Positions 11,301-20,327 of a DNA stretch of 64,000 nt are shown in pieces (positions within the stretch are counted from its first letter, which is position 1; each line of letters starts with the position of its first letter). Location of the stretch: contig CAWCFX010000001.1 in NCBI GenBank assembly GCA_963795085.1, positions 224,001 through 288,000 on the forward strand. The letters run 5' to 3'. The position numbers and the translations under genes are program-made. The notes under the pieces were generated by a model, which ran no database searches, was not told where the DNA came from, and saw nothing but the letters and a program-made list of their open reading frames with translations. The stretch comes from an uncultured Gemmatimonadales bacterium (GTDB lineage Bacteria; Gemmatimonadota; Gemmatimonadetes; Gemmatimonadales; GWC2-71-9).

Positions 11301-11742
11301 GGGTGGACTGGACATCACCGCGTACCTCGATGCCCGGAATATCCTGAACTTCAAGAACATCCTGAACGTCTTCGCCACCACCAATGACGTGGTGAACGAG
11401 CGCCTTCGGGCGCAGGAGAACGGGGAGGACAGCGTCGGCTTTGCCGAGGAGGGGGCCATTAACGGGGTCCGGCAGAGCGACGGGTCCCTGGACCTCCGTT
11501 TCGGCGGCGCAGTCGCCTCAGGCTGCGGGAACTGGGTCAATACCCAGTCCACGCCGACCGCGCCGAGCTGCGTGTACCTGATCCGGGCGGAAGAGCGCTA
11601 CGGCAACGGGGACCACATCTTTACCCTGGATGAGCAGCTCCGGGTCTCGGACGCGAACTACTTCGGCCCGTTCGGAGGGGGCATCAACGCCTTTACCGGC
11701 GAACCGCGCCGGTTGCGGCTGGGCCTGGAGGTGAACTTCTAG
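8392..11742 (+). CDS. TonB-dependent receptor with N-terminal carboxypeptidase-regulatory-like domain
   Basis: GGAGG RBS, signal peptide, plug motifs (LSIRGG; AEFGNAQSGIINIETRTG), barrel ending PRRLRLGLEVNF. Confidence 0.9.
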   Translation: MRVCGPVGFVRRAREFALAAVALAVSAGALLAQGTGKIEGRVRDQAGAPIANAQVTIVGSTFGALTNNQGYYFFNNVPVGTASIRAAFVGYKSAEAQGVRVLAGQTVTQDIQLEQTPFQVDEITVTAAATPLVPRDEVTTRQRLQGDYVEALPADRINNILALQPGVVASPGGGALSIRGGRTEQAATYVDGVPVTPGYRGTGFGSSVGNGNGANGPNSGVSIGTNAFEQASVTTGASSAEFGNAQSGIINIETRTGGNSFRGNVQYETDEPFGVGHSLGFNRLAASLGGPTGLKNLTFFLSGVLEGRQSQAVGYDAINSPLFLPVGIDTTVAVPSAINDPTADTTFVDVQAYAIARGKCDIFSGSSNSDIADNYGVECAGIRVPGTASTVYQTSAKLNYTFGTGSRIFLAWQGSRNHGRNGGGFNNPQNIGGFRVNNSNFTLGWTQNLSRSADRALALDAYLSYQMDRQLGSLLSRQSELDTRDPFGGFILGGLDFLWDFDNFPLNEELINNFRNNIPGSRRSPLDLENTSQYSLINLYRNSAYGLDGGSETGGPAGVLTMYRENRLRGKANLDWQFDRYNRLKLGGEFTRFDIGSYAHGLATQGFSEAFIEKPVSYDVFLEDRLDLGDVVVVGGLRYDFYDSRAARPYVLDTVSSNATFGQYSYFPTPNSYGSGGVMFNGQPLTKYVDDPTHDYLSPHIQVSFPVTDRTNFRLSYAHQVQAPDFNLILGGINTDLRVTNTNHVYGSDLDFGKTITFEFGIRHAFSDDMVLDISAYNKDILSDAAGRLVSFPDPARLGENVDIRIFTNADFGNARGIDLRLDRRIGRFFNGVLSYTFQDAKNTGSDPFTFINFGSRIINQISGGNQPPPQSIFPTANSRPHNLAGSFALTVPSDWKEGSTMGSILRGVGITALFRYSSGTAYTKCPAETGNEAVISGVVCNREFEGDFFGARRPAFKQLDMKFTKGFGLGGLDITAYLDARNILNFKNILNVFATTNDVVNERLRAQENGEDSVGFAEEGAINGVRQSDGSLDLRFGGAVASGCGNWVNTQSTPTAPSCVYLIRAEERYGNGDHIFTLDEQLRVSDANYFGPFGGGINAFTGEPRRLRLGLEVNF

Positions 11743-11761
11743 CCAGCCTGCGGTGCGGCTG

Positions 11762-11798
11762 GGGGCTGGGGAGACCGGGTACAGGTCTCTCCAGCCCC
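11762..11798 (+). terminator. Stem-loop after the TonB receptor gene (possible terminator or stabiliser)
   Basis: GGGGCTGGGGAGACC-loop-GGTCTCTCCAGCCCC; weak U-tract. Confidence 0.45.
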
Positions 11799-11890
11799 TT
11801 GTCGTTTCCGCCCCGGTGTCAGGGGCGGAGAGATGGACGTCTCTTATGCACGTCCGATACATGCGTCCCAGCAAGGAAGGCCGACTCCCT

Positions 11891-13318
11891 ATGGTGCATC
11901 TCGCGAAGTACCTGCTCGCCCTGAGCCTGGTCGCTCCCCCGCTCGTGAAGCCCGCAGGCGTGGAGGGGGTCAAGGTGCACACGGTCCGGTTCTACGACGC
12001 CGGGTCCGGCCTCACCCAGGTCCGGGCCTTTATCCAGATCCCCCTCGAGGCCCTCACCCCGACCGAAACATCGGAGAGCGGGATCATCGCCTACACCATC
12101 AGTATCGGGCTCCGGGACTCGGCTGGCGGGATGCTGTCGGAACTGGCATGGCCCAGCCAGCAGGTATCGGCGGCGGTACTTGGCCCCGGGGTCACCAGCA
12201 TCAACAGCATCGAGTTCGTGGTCCGGCCGGGGCGGTATCGGCTGGAAGTGAGCGTCCGGGACTCCGTGAGCGGCCTTCGGCTGGGCGCCGGGGCGGACCT
12301 GGTGGGCTTTCCGGGACAGCCGGCCGCTTCCGACCTGGTCCTCAGCCCCGGCATGCGGGGTCTTGGCGCTGATTCGTCCACCCAGGGGACAGAGTGGCGC
12401 ACCGGGTCGTTGCTGGTGACCTCGGCCGCCGAGCTGGTCCTGACGCCGGTGCGAAGCCGGGCGTTCTACCTGCTCGAGGCCTACAGCACGGCCGGCGACA
12501 GCGGCGCGATGTCCGTCGCCATTCGGGATTCCATGGGCCGGACCGTGGTGACGACCGCACCGGTGCCGGTGCGGGTCGGCCCCGGCGGCGGAGTGCTCCG
12601 CGGTCAGCTGGACATGGAAGGGCTGCCGGCGGGACGCTACTCGCTCGATGTCACCGTTCGGCTGGGGGGCGGTATCATCGAGCGGACCGGCTCCTTCGTC
12701 ATGACGGATATCGCGAGCACGCTGGCCCGCCACGCCGCCGAACTGCGCATGCTGGCCGCCACCGATTCCGGGTACTTCAGCCTCATGGACGAAAGCCAGC
12801 TGGACGCGGCATTCGAACCGCTCGGCTACATCGCTGGTGCGGGAGAGCTCCGGGCGTTCCGGCACGGCTCGATCGGGGCGAAGCGGCAGTTTCTCATCGA
12901 CTTCTGGCGGAAACGCGACCAGGACCCCGCCCAACCCGGGAATCAACTCCGGCAGGAGTTCTATGGAAAGATCGCCTACGCCGACAGCACGTTCCGCGAG
13001 CGTGGCGCACGGAGCCAGTCCGGCTGGAAAACCGACCGGGGCAGAATCTACATCCGCCTCGGCGGACCCGACGAGGTCCTGGACCGGGTCCGGGCCGGCC
13101 GGGCGCCTTCCTACCAGGTATGGCGGTTCAACCGTGGCAAGGCTCTCTATTACGTCTTCAGTGACCGGTCCGGCCTTGGGGCATACAAGCTGATGACGAC
13201 CAACGACCTCCTCGAGGCCGGCTCTCCGGACTGGAGAGACATCCTGGGAGCTGATGCCGTCCGGGACATTGGCCTTTTCCTAGGAATGGATTTCTTCGGG
13301 CGCGGGATGTCTCAATAG
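11891..13318 (+). CDS. GWxTD domain-containing exported protein
   Basis: FWRKRD.DP...N....EFY...YAD..F...GWKTDRGRIYIRLGGPDE. Confidence 0.88.
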   Translation: MVHLAKYLLALSLVAPPLVKPAGVEGVKVHTVRFYDAGSGLTQVRAFIQIPLEALTPTETSESGIIAYTISIGLRDSAGGMLSELAWPSQQVSAAVLGPGVTSINSIEFVVRPGRYRLEVSVRDSVSGLRLGAGADLVGFPGQPAASDLVLSPGMRGLGADSSTQGTEWRTGSLLVTSAAELVLTPVRSRAFYLLEAYSTAGDSGAMSVAIRDSMGRTVVTTAPVPVRVGPGGGVLRGQLDMEGLPAGRYSLDVTVRLGGGIIERTGSFVMTDIASTLARHAAELRMLAATDSGYFSLMDESQLDAAFEPLGYIAGAGELRAFRHGSIGAKRQFLIDFWRKRDQDPAQPGNQLRQEFYGKIAYADSTFRERGARSQSGWKTDRGRIYIRLGGPDEVLDRVRAGRAPSYQVWRFNRGKALYYVFSDRSGLGAYKLMTTNDLLEAGSPDWRDILGADAVRDIGLFLGMDFFGRGMSQ

Positions 13319-13481
13319 AAGGGCGTGCCTGGACGACGCCACTCCTTCCACCAGCCCAGTTGGGGTTCCGAGAAACCGCGCCGGACCCGGCGCTCGCCCT
13401 GGCCTGCTTCCCGGAGCGGGCCGGACCGCTCCTTCCACAGCCGCCGGTTCCCGCGCGGTCCCGGGCCGGCTCCTGAGACAT

Positions 13482-13592
13482 CCTACGCTCGCGCCGGGCG
13501 AGGCCTTCTCTCACACCTTTTCCCAGGCCGGGGACTTCGCCTATCACTGCGAGCCGCACCCCTTCATGACGGCGGCGGTGTCGGTGCAGTAG
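13482..13592 (+). pseudogene. Cupredoxin (amicyanin/plastocyanin-like) C-terminal remnant
   Basis: Manual translation PTLAPGEAFSHTFSQAGDFAYHCEPHPFMTAAVSVQ* with C-x2-H-x2-M copper loop; no usable upstream start in this frame. Confidence 0.75.
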
Positions 13593-13730
13593 CGCGGGGT
13601 TCGCTTAGTATTAATGGATGACCGGCTCACTCACCCTCCAGGGGTCCCCTGTCCGTTCGCAAGTCTTGCAACGCAGGGGCGCCCGTGGCCTGGTCTCTCA
13701 CACCGTCCTGAGACGTGAAAGGCCAGCGCC

Positions 13731-14432
13731 ATGCCGGCGGTTCAAGGAATGGAACGGATGAAGGAGTACCACATCGCGGTGCCCCGTACCGCCCGCTATG
13801 TGACCCTGGGTGATCCGGCGGCCGCTTCCCACGCCTGGTTTGCGCTGCACGGGTACGGCCAGCTGGCCTCGACGTTTGCGAGTTACCTGGCCACGCTCGA
13901 CACCGGCAACCGCCTCGTCGTGGTTCCCGAGGGACTGTCGCGGTTTTACCTGGACAGCGGCCGGGGAGCCATCGGCGCCAGCTGGATGACGAAAGAGGAC
14001 CGGGAGCACGAGATCGCCGACTACGTGGGCTACCTCGATCAGGTGTATCACGAGGCGGTGGGGCGGGTGTCCGGGCACCCGCGATGCTACCTGCTGGGGT
14101 TTTCGCAGGGGGTGGCCACCGCGACGCGATGGCTGGCCCGGGGGACCGCGCGCTTCGACGGGTTCTGCGCCTGGGCCGGGACGCTGGCTCCCGAGGTGTC
14201 CCTGGACGGGCCGCACCGCGCGCTGGCGGGGCGGCGCATTGCGGTGGTCGCCGGGCATCGCGACGAATACCTGACCAGTGACTGGCTGGCCCTGGAGAGC
14301 CGCCGCCTGGACGCCGCGGGGGGCAAGGTCCGCCAGTTCCCGTTTCACGGGGGCCACCGCATGGACCGCACCGTGCTCGCGGAAGTCGCCGCCTTTTTTG
14401 AAACGCCGGAAGGTCCGCCGCCGGCCGGCTAG
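13731..14432 (+). CDS. Alpha/beta-hydrolase (phospholipase/carboxylesterase-like)
   Basis: LHGYGQ, GFSQG nucleophile elbow, terminal GGH. Confidence 0.85.
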   Translation: MPAVQGMERMKEYHIAVPRTARYVTLGDPAAASHAWFALHGYGQLASTFASYLATLDTGNRLVVVPEGLSRFYLDSGRGAIGASWMTKEDREHEIADYVGYLDQVYHEAVGRVSGHPRCYLLGFSQGVATATRWLARGTARFDGFCAWAGTLAPEVSLDGPHRALAGRRIAVVAGHRDEYLTSDWLALESRRLDAAGGKVRQFPFHGGHRMDRTVLAEVAAFFETPEGPPPAG

Positions 14433-14839
14433 CGGTCCTTGTCCCTGTAGCGGAGCAGGTCTCTCCGCTCTTTCTTTCCCGGTTTCCCTTTGTCAAAGGA
14501 AAAGGCGACCTTCGCCGACTTCATCTGGGCGGCCAGGGTTTCCCGGGCCTGCCGGCTTTCGGCTGTCTCCTCGTACAGAAGAGCCGCGCTGCTGGCCGGC
14601 CCCCGCCGGTTGCTGAGCGTCCTGACGGTGACCACGTGCTGATAGGGACCCAGGCGAACCTGGAGCCGGTCGCCGGGAGCCAGCCGCCGCGACCGCTTGG
14701 CCCGTTCCCCGTTGACCAGGACCTTGCCGCCGTCAATCGCCGACGCGGCCAGCCCCCGGGTCTTGAAGAACCGGGCCGCCCACAGCCACTTGTCCAGCCG
14801 AAAATCCCCGTCCGGTTCGTCGCTCACCGTTCGCTCCAC
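14429..14839 (-). CDS. hslR: Ribosome-associated heat shock protein Hsp15 (S4 RNA-binding domain)
   Basis: RLDKWLWAARFFKTR..A..AI.GGKV.VNG; RRGPA..A..LYEET; KPGKKERR. Confidence 0.85.
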   Translation of the reverse strand: MERTVSDEPDGDFRLDKWLWAARFFKTRGLAASAIDGGKVLVNGERAKRSRRLAPGDRLQVRLGPYQHVVTVRTLSNRRGPASSAALLYEETAESRQARETLAAQMKSAKVAFSFDKGKPGKKERRDLLRYRDKDR

Positions 14840-14848
14840 GCTGTCACC

Positions 14849-15406
14849 TCAGTACACCTCCCCGTTCATGTCCGCGTACAATTTCAGCACCGTCCGCGCC
14901 TCGTCCCGGAGAATCCCGGTTACGATCTCCACCCCTCTCCGCTCCAGGTAGCGATAGCTCTCCGGAAACACCGGCCCCTCGTCAAATCGGATCGCCTCGA
15001 CATCTTCCCGGGTCGCCCCCACCACCAGCCGGGTGACCCCGCTCCAGTGCGTGGCGCCCAGGCACATGGCGCAGGGCGCGCAGGAAGTGACCAGCTCGTA
15101 TCCCGCGCCCGGCTCTCCCTCGAGGGTGAAGGACTCCAGCGCGGATTCCGCCAGCATGATCGCCACCACTTCGGCGTGGAGGACCGAGTTTCGCATCGGC
15201 AGCACCAGGTTCACCCCGCCGGCCACCAGTCTCCCGGTTTCCTGCTCGAAGACCGCCGCCCCGAAGGGTCCTCCGGTCCGGCTCACGACGTTCTGCCGCG
15301 CCAGCGCGATGGCGAGGGCCATGCGCTGCTCCATGTCCTGGTAGCGGCCCGGTGGCGCGATTTCTTCCACCCAGGCGGGAACCTCCAGCAGAAGCCGCGT
15401 GGTCAT
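14849..15406 (-). CDS. Zn-dependent nucleoside/guanine deaminase family protein
   Basis: GGPFGAAV, HAE, PCAMC motifs. Confidence 0.88.
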   Translation of the reverse strand: MTTRLLLEVPAWVEEIAPPGRYQDMEQRMALAIALARQNVVSRTGGPFGAAVFEQETGRLVAGGVNLVLPMRNSVLHAEVVAIMLAESALESFTLEGEPGAGYELVTSCAPCAMCLGATHWSGVTRLVVGATREDVEAIRFDEGPVFPESYRYLERRGVEIVTGILRDEARTVLKLYADMNGEVY

Positions 15407-15641
15407 CGATTCTCCTGTCGGTGCTGGAACATAGGGGATCGGTGGTCGGGAAATGGAGGGTCGGAGATTAACCGGCACCGTCACAACCCCGCGTGCTGTG
15501 AATTAGATCACATCAGGCACTATCACTCGGCCCTATACTCGCTCCCTGTCTCCGGCTGGCCCAGTGGGGCAGCCTAAATCGTGGATTGAGATCCACCGCT
15601 ATTCCTTATATATGCCGCAAGGCTTGAATCGAGGTTCAACT

Positions 15642-16430
15642 ATGCACAAGAAACTCCTGATTGCCGCATGTTCGATGGCGGCCGCCCTTGTCCTATTGCC
15701 GGATACCGCGGCCGCACAAGTCGCGGATTCCGCAAAGAAAGATACCGCGACGGCGGCCGCGCCGATGCCGGCCGCGACTCCGGCTCCTGCCGTGAACGCC
15801 GCGGCGTCGAGCAAGGCCGCGATCAGCGATTCCGCTATTATCGCGATGCTGCAGCTGGGCCATACCCAGCAGATCGCGGCGGCTGAACTGGCCATCTCGC
15901 GGTCCGGGTCGGACCGGGTCAAGCGGTTCGCCGAGGAATTGAAAACCGATCATGGCACCGCCCTGGCCAAACTGCAGGAGTTCGCGGGGCGGATGCAGGC
16001 GCGCGAGAAGGGTATGTCGAGCGGTATCCCGGGGGATTCGGCCCGTACCGGCCGGGATAACAACGTCACCGGCCGTCGGGATTCGATGCCCAGGGACAGT
16101 GCCCGGGTCGCGGGCCAGCCGCCGCGGCACGACCAGATGGTGCACAAGCCGGGGACGCCGGATTCGGCGGTCGTGACGGCCCCCGCCGGCGCGAAGCCGG
16201 AGGTTACCCTGGACAACGTGTCCTCGCTCTCCGGCCACGAGTTCGATCACGGGTTCGTCCGGCTCCAGGCGGAGCACCACGAAACCGAGATCAACCACCT
16301 CCGGAATGATGTCATTCCGATGATCAAGAATTCCGATCTCAAGGCGCTGGTGCAGGCGGAACTTACGGTGCTGGGCAAGCACCTGCGCGACGCCCGGGAG
16401 CTGGAGGCGTTCCTGAAAACGACCAACTAG
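15642..16430 (+). CDS. DUF4142-like exported protein
   Basis: Signal peptide; AELA..RS....VKRFA.....DH; LSG.EFD..F......H; HL..AR.L. Confidence 0.75.
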   Translation: MHKKLLIAACSMAAALVLLPDTAAAQVADSAKKDTATAAAPMPAATPAPAVNAAASSKAAISDSAIIAMLQLGHTQQIAAAELAISRSGSDRVKRFAEELKTDHGTALAKLQEFAGRMQAREKGMSSGIPGDSARTGRDNNVTGRRDSMPRDSARVAGQPPRHDQMVHKPGTPDSAVVTAPAGAKPEVTLDNVSSLSGHEFDHGFVRLQAEHHETEINHLRNDVIPMIKNSDLKALVQAELTVLGKHLRDARELEAFLKTTN

Positions 16431-16768
16431 GACGGTTGCTGCCGGTCCAGGAGGCGCCCGGAAACGGGCGCCTCCTGTGCTATCCGGGTGCGTGGGGCCG
16501 CCGGTGTCCCGACCAACCTCAGCTTGTCGGTCCGGCTCATCCGCTTGATCGCGGCCTCCCGCCTGAGGGCGGCGGACCGGTCTCCCGCCGGCTCGGCATA
16601 CACCAGGACGACCGGGAGGCGCGCGCGGGTATAGGCGGCGCCTTTCCCGGTGTTGTGGGCCGCGATGCGGGCCTCCAGGTCGGTGGTGATCCCCGCGTAC
16701 AGGGTGCCGTCCCGGCAGCGCGCCAGGTACACGAACCAGTCCCGGCCGCTTTCTGGCTCAATGGTCAT
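16427..16768 (-). CDS. Small GIY-YIG nuclease family protein (YhbQ/UPF0213-like)
   Basis: WFVYLARCRDGTLYAGITTD..ARI.AHN.GKGAAYTR.RLPV; REAAIKR. Confidence 0.88.
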   Translation of the reverse strand: MTIEPESGRDWFVYLARCRDGTLYAGITTDLEARIAAHNTGKGAAYTRARLPVVLVYAEPAGDRSAALRREAAIKRMSRTDKLRLVGTPAAPRTRIAQEAPVSGRLLDRQQPS

Positions 16769-16814
16769 GGGTCATTATCTTAAGTGATCACCCGTCTCCA
16801 GCCCTAGAGGCCGC

Positions 16815-18473
16815 ATGGAAATACGCCGGAAGGCCCGGCGCACCTTCCCCGGCCAGCGAGTCCTGCTGGCCTGGCTGTTCGCTCTTCGCATCCTGCTGGC
16901 GGTCGGCGGCGTGGTGGCCGCCCTCCTCACCCGCAACCTGGGCGGGCCCGAAGCCGCGCTGATCATCATGACGGCGGCGCTCCTGGCCTTTATCATCACG
17001 CCCTACGCCTATTGGCTGGTCTGGATGAAGGAGCGGCAGCCGGGGCTGATCTTCTTCGGCCTCCAGGTGCTGGTGGACCTGTACCTCATTACCGCCATTG
17101 TCCACTACACCAGCGGCGCCCAGAGCGCGTTCACCTTTCTCTTCGTCCTGCTGATCGCGGCCTACACCACGCTGCTCTCCTTCCGGGGGGCGCTGGTCGT
17201 GGTCATCCTGGCGACCGTGGGCTATTTCGGCGACACCTACTACCTCCATCGCGATACGATCGGCGTGGCGTTCTGGGGCCAGCTGATCCTCTTCGGCTCG
17301 GTGTTCGCCATGATGGCGCCCATGGTGGCGCGCCTCCGGGAAGCCAGCGAAGAGCACGCATCCCTGGAGACCGAGTTGCGGCGGGTGCGGCTGGAGGCCG
17401 ATGACATTCTCCGGAACATCCGGTCCGGGGTGATCACGGTGGACGGGGCGGGACGGCTGGCGTTCATCAACCCGATGGCGGCGCGGCTGCTGGAAATCGA
17501 AAGCGAGCAGCTGACCGGCATGCCGGTGCTGGACCTGCTGAAACTGCGGTCTCCCGAACTCTGGGCCGCCATCGTGGCCGCGATCCGGCACGGCCGCAAG
17601 GTGAACCGGGCCGAAGGGATGGTCCAGCTGGCGGACGGCCGCATGTTTCCCATCGGCCTCAGCACCACCACGTTCGAGGACCAGGACCAGCAGCCGCCGT
17701 CGGTCACGGCTATCTTTACCGATATCTCGGACAGCAAGCGGATTCAGGAACTCCACCTTCGTGCCGAAAGACTGGAAGCGGTCGCGGCGCTCTCCGCGTC
17801 CCTGGCCCACGAGATCCGCAACCCCCTGGCCTCGATCCGGAGTTCGGTGGAGCAACTCGCCCGCTCCGCCCGGGCCGACGACGACGAGCGGTTCCTGGCC
17901 AGTCTCATCGTCCGGGAGAGCGACCGGCTGAGCCGGCTGCTGAGCGAATTTCTCGACTTCTCCCGGGTCCGGGTGACCCGCTTCGACCCGGTGGACCTGC
18001 ATGGGGTGGTCCTGGCGGCGGCCCGTCTGGTGCGGGAACACCCCGACGCGAAGATCGAAACCGAGATCGACGTTCGAGGCGGCCGGGCCATGATGGACGG
18101 CGACGAGGACCTCCTGCACCGGGTGGTGGCCAACCTGCTGCTGAATGCGGTGCAGGCGGCCAACGGCAAGGTCAAGGTGGTCGCCGTGACCGGCCCGGCC
18201 CACATGAGCGATCTCCCGGTCGGCTGTGTCATGGACAATCCGGTGCGGCTGGAGATCCGCGACAATGGCCCCGGCATTCCCGAGGAAGTCCGGGAGCGGA
18301 TCTTCGAGCCCTTCGTCACCGGCAGGACTGGTGGAACCGGGCTGGGTCTGGCCATAGTTCAGCGTGCCGTCGAGGCCCACCGGGGATTGGTGCTGGTGGA
18401 GTCGGCCCCCGGCCATGGCACTACGTTCACCATCTTCTTTCCGGCCCGGTGGTCGGCTGAGGAAGCGGCATGA
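16815..18473 (+). CDS. pilS: Membrane sensor histidine kinase, PilS-like
   Basis: About six TM segments, PAS domain, AHEIRNPL H-box, NLLLNA, DNGPGI, GTGLGL; linked to an NtrC-type regulator and pilin. Confidence 0.78.
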   Translation: MEIRRKARRTFPGQRVLLAWLFALRILLAVGGVVAALLTRNLGGPEAALIIMTAALLAFIITPYAYWLVWMKERQPGLIFFGLQVLVDLYLITAIVHYTSGAQSAFTFLFVLLIAAYTTLLSFRGALVVVILATVGYFGDTYYLHRDTIGVAFWGQLILFGSVFAMMAPMVARLREASEEHASLETELRRVRLEADDILRNIRSGVITVDGAGRLAFINPMAARLLEIESEQLTGMPVLDLLKLRSPELWAAIVAAIRHGRKVNRAEGMVQLADGRMFPIGLSTTTFEDQDQQPPSVTAIFTDISDSKRIQELHLRAERLEAVAALSASLAHEIRNPLASIRSSVEQLARSARADDDERFLASLIVRESDRLSRLLSEFLDFSRVRVTRFDPVDLHGVVLAAARLVREHPDAKIETEIDVRGGRAMMDGDEDLLHRVVANLLLNAVQAANGKVKVVAVTGPAHMSDLPVGCVMDNPVRLEIRDNGPGIPEEVRERIFEPFVTGRTGGTGLGLAIVQRAVEAHRGLVLVESAPGHGTTFTIFFPARWSAEEAA

Positions 18474-19852
18474 GTCAGAAACCAACGGTCCTCATCATCG
18501 ACGACGAGTCGGGCATCCTCGATACCCTGCGGATCCTGCTCAAGAAGGAAGGCTTCGAGGTCACCACCGCCCAGGGCGGCAAGGCCGGGCTGGACCAGAT
18601 CCGGGCCGGCACCCACGATATCATCCTGACCGATGTCCGGATGCCCCAGGTGAGCGGCTTGGACATCCTGCAGGCGGCGCGGGAGCAGGACCCGATGACC
18701 CCGGTCATCCTGATGACGGCCCAGGCCTCGCTCCAGACCGCCATCGGCGCCGTGAATGCCGGCGCTTTCTATTATATCCAGAAGCCCTTCGCCAACGACG
18801 AGCTGGTCGCCATTCTCCGGCGCGCCTGCGACTACCGCGCCGTCAAGGTCGAGAACAAGCACCTCAAGACCGAAATCCGCCGCAAGGACAGGAACGGCGT
18901 CGCCCGGCCCATCGGGAAGTCGCGGCGGTTCATGGACACCCTCAGGCTGGCCGAGCAGGTCGCCCCCACCGATTCGACCGTGCTGATCCAGGGCGAAAGC
19001 GGGACCGGCAAGGAAGTCATCGCCAACTACATCCACAATCTTTCCAACCGGACCGGCGGACCCTTCCTGTCCATCAACTGCGGCGCCCTGCCGGAGAACC
19101 TGCTGGAAAGCGAGTTGTTCGGCCACGTGAAGGGGTCGTTCACGGGGGCGGTCCGGGACAAGCAGGGCCTGTTCGCCGCCGCCCGCGGCGGCAGCTTCTT
19201 CCTCGACGAAGTGGGCGAGATGACGCCGGCCCTGCAGATCAAGCTGCTCCGGGTGCTCCAGGAACGGGAGGCGATCCCGGTCGGCGCCACCGAGGCCATT
19301 CCCGTCGATGTGCGGATCATCGCCGCCACCAACCGCGACCTGGAAGAGGAGTGCCGCCGCGGGGCCTTTCGCTCCGATCTCTTCTACCGGCTGAACGTGA
19401 TCCCGCTCCAGTTGCCCCCGCTCAGGGACCGGCGGGAGGATGTTCTTCCCCTCATGGAGACGTTCCTCCAGACCCTGGCCCAGGACCACGGAATGGAGCC
19501 CAAGGCGCTGTCCTCCGAGGCGCTCGACGCCGTGATGGTGTACGACTGGCCGGGCAATGTCCGGGAACTGGAGAATGCCCTGGAACACGCCGTGGTGCTC
19601 ACCAAGGGGCCCGTCATCGAGCCGTCCGCGCTCCCCGAGCGCATCACCAAGCGGCGCAAGGAGCCGCTGGTGGCGGAGCGGTCCTTCCAGAATCCCACCC
19701 TCGATGTCATCGAGCGCGCCTACATCATGTGGGTGCTCCAGGTAGAAGGCGGAAACAAGACCCGCGCCGCCGAGATCCTCGGCATCGACCCCTCCACCCT
19801 GTACCGGAAACTGAGCCGGTACGAGGAGGTGAAGGAGCCGGTGGGGAATTGA
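18470..19852 (+). CDS. pilR: Sigma54-dependent response regulator, PilR-like
   Basis: REC (DD..D..T..K), GESGTGKE, ESELFGHVKGSFTGA, FLDEVGE, WPGNVREL, Fis-type HTH. Confidence 0.82.
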   Translation: MSQKPTVLIIDDESGILDTLRILLKKEGFEVTTAQGGKAGLDQIRAGTHDIILTDVRMPQVSGLDILQAAREQDPMTPVILMTAQASLQTAIGAVNAGAFYYIQKPFANDELVAILRRACDYRAVKVENKHLKTEIRRKDRNGVARPIGKSRRFMDTLRLAEQVAPTDSTVLIQGESGTGKEVIANYIHNLSNRTGGPFLSINCGALPENLLESELFGHVKGSFTGAVRDKQGLFAAARGGSFFLDEVGEMTPALQIKLLRVLQEREAIPVGATEAIPVDVRIIAATNRDLEEECRRGAFRSDLFYRLNVIPLQLPPLRDRREDVLPLMETFLQTLAQDHGMEPKALSSEALDAVMVYDWPGNVRELENALEHAVVLTKGPVIEPSALPERITKRRKEPLVAERSFQNPTLDVIERAYIMWVLQVEGGNKTRAAEILGIDPSTLYRKLSRYEEVKEPVGN

Positions 19853-20127
19853 GGGAATGTTGGAATTGAGGGAATGTTGGAATTGAGGGAATTGAGGGAA
19901 TGTTGGAATTGAGGGAATGTTGGAATTGAGGGAATGTTGGAATTGAGGGAATTGAGGGAATGTTGGAATTGAGGGAATTGATCAGTTCAATTCCCGGATT
20001 CCTCAATTCCCCCATTCCCTCAATTCCCGGATTCCCTCAATTCCCGGATTCCCTCAATTCCCCCATTCCCTCAATTCCCGGATTCCCTCAATTCCCGGCT
20101 TCCCTCAATTCCCCCATTCCCTCAATT
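19845..20127. repeat. Large imperfect palindrome built from 17-bp tandem units
   Basis: Left arm GGAATTGAG/GGAATGTT units (19845-19981); right arm CTCAATTCC every 17 bp (20002-20121). Confidence 0.95.
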
Positions 20128-20210
20128 ATTACCCCTTCTTGCAAAAAACCCTTAAACCCGGCCTCCCGCTCTCGGCGTTTTTTGACGCCGCCGTGCCCTA
20201 ACCCACTATG

Positions 20211-20257
20211 TAGCAACCCTTTACGGCCTCGCAAAGTGCAACTGGCATACCTGTTGC
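20211..20257 (+). promoter_or_regulatory. Sigma54 (-24/-12) promoter of the major pilin, with a candidate upstream IHF site
   Basis: TGGCATACCTGTTGC at 20243-20257 (GG-N10-GC); TAGCAAccctTTA at 20211-20223 is one mismatch from WATCAAnnnnTTR. Confidence 0.8.
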
Positions 20258-20327
20258 CTTAACTGAGCCCGGTGGACATCCATCTGGCGATGGCGGCGCG
20301 ACAAACAACTCAAGGGGAGGCTGTACC

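Noticed and set aside
16427..16768. GIY-YIG protein as a homing endonuclease or mobile element
   Set aside because: Small stand-alone YhbQ-like protein with no intron context or DNA-binding extension
19725..20262. ORFs 19725-20015 (-) and 19960-20262 (+)
   Set aside because: Low-complexity translations of the 17-bp repeats
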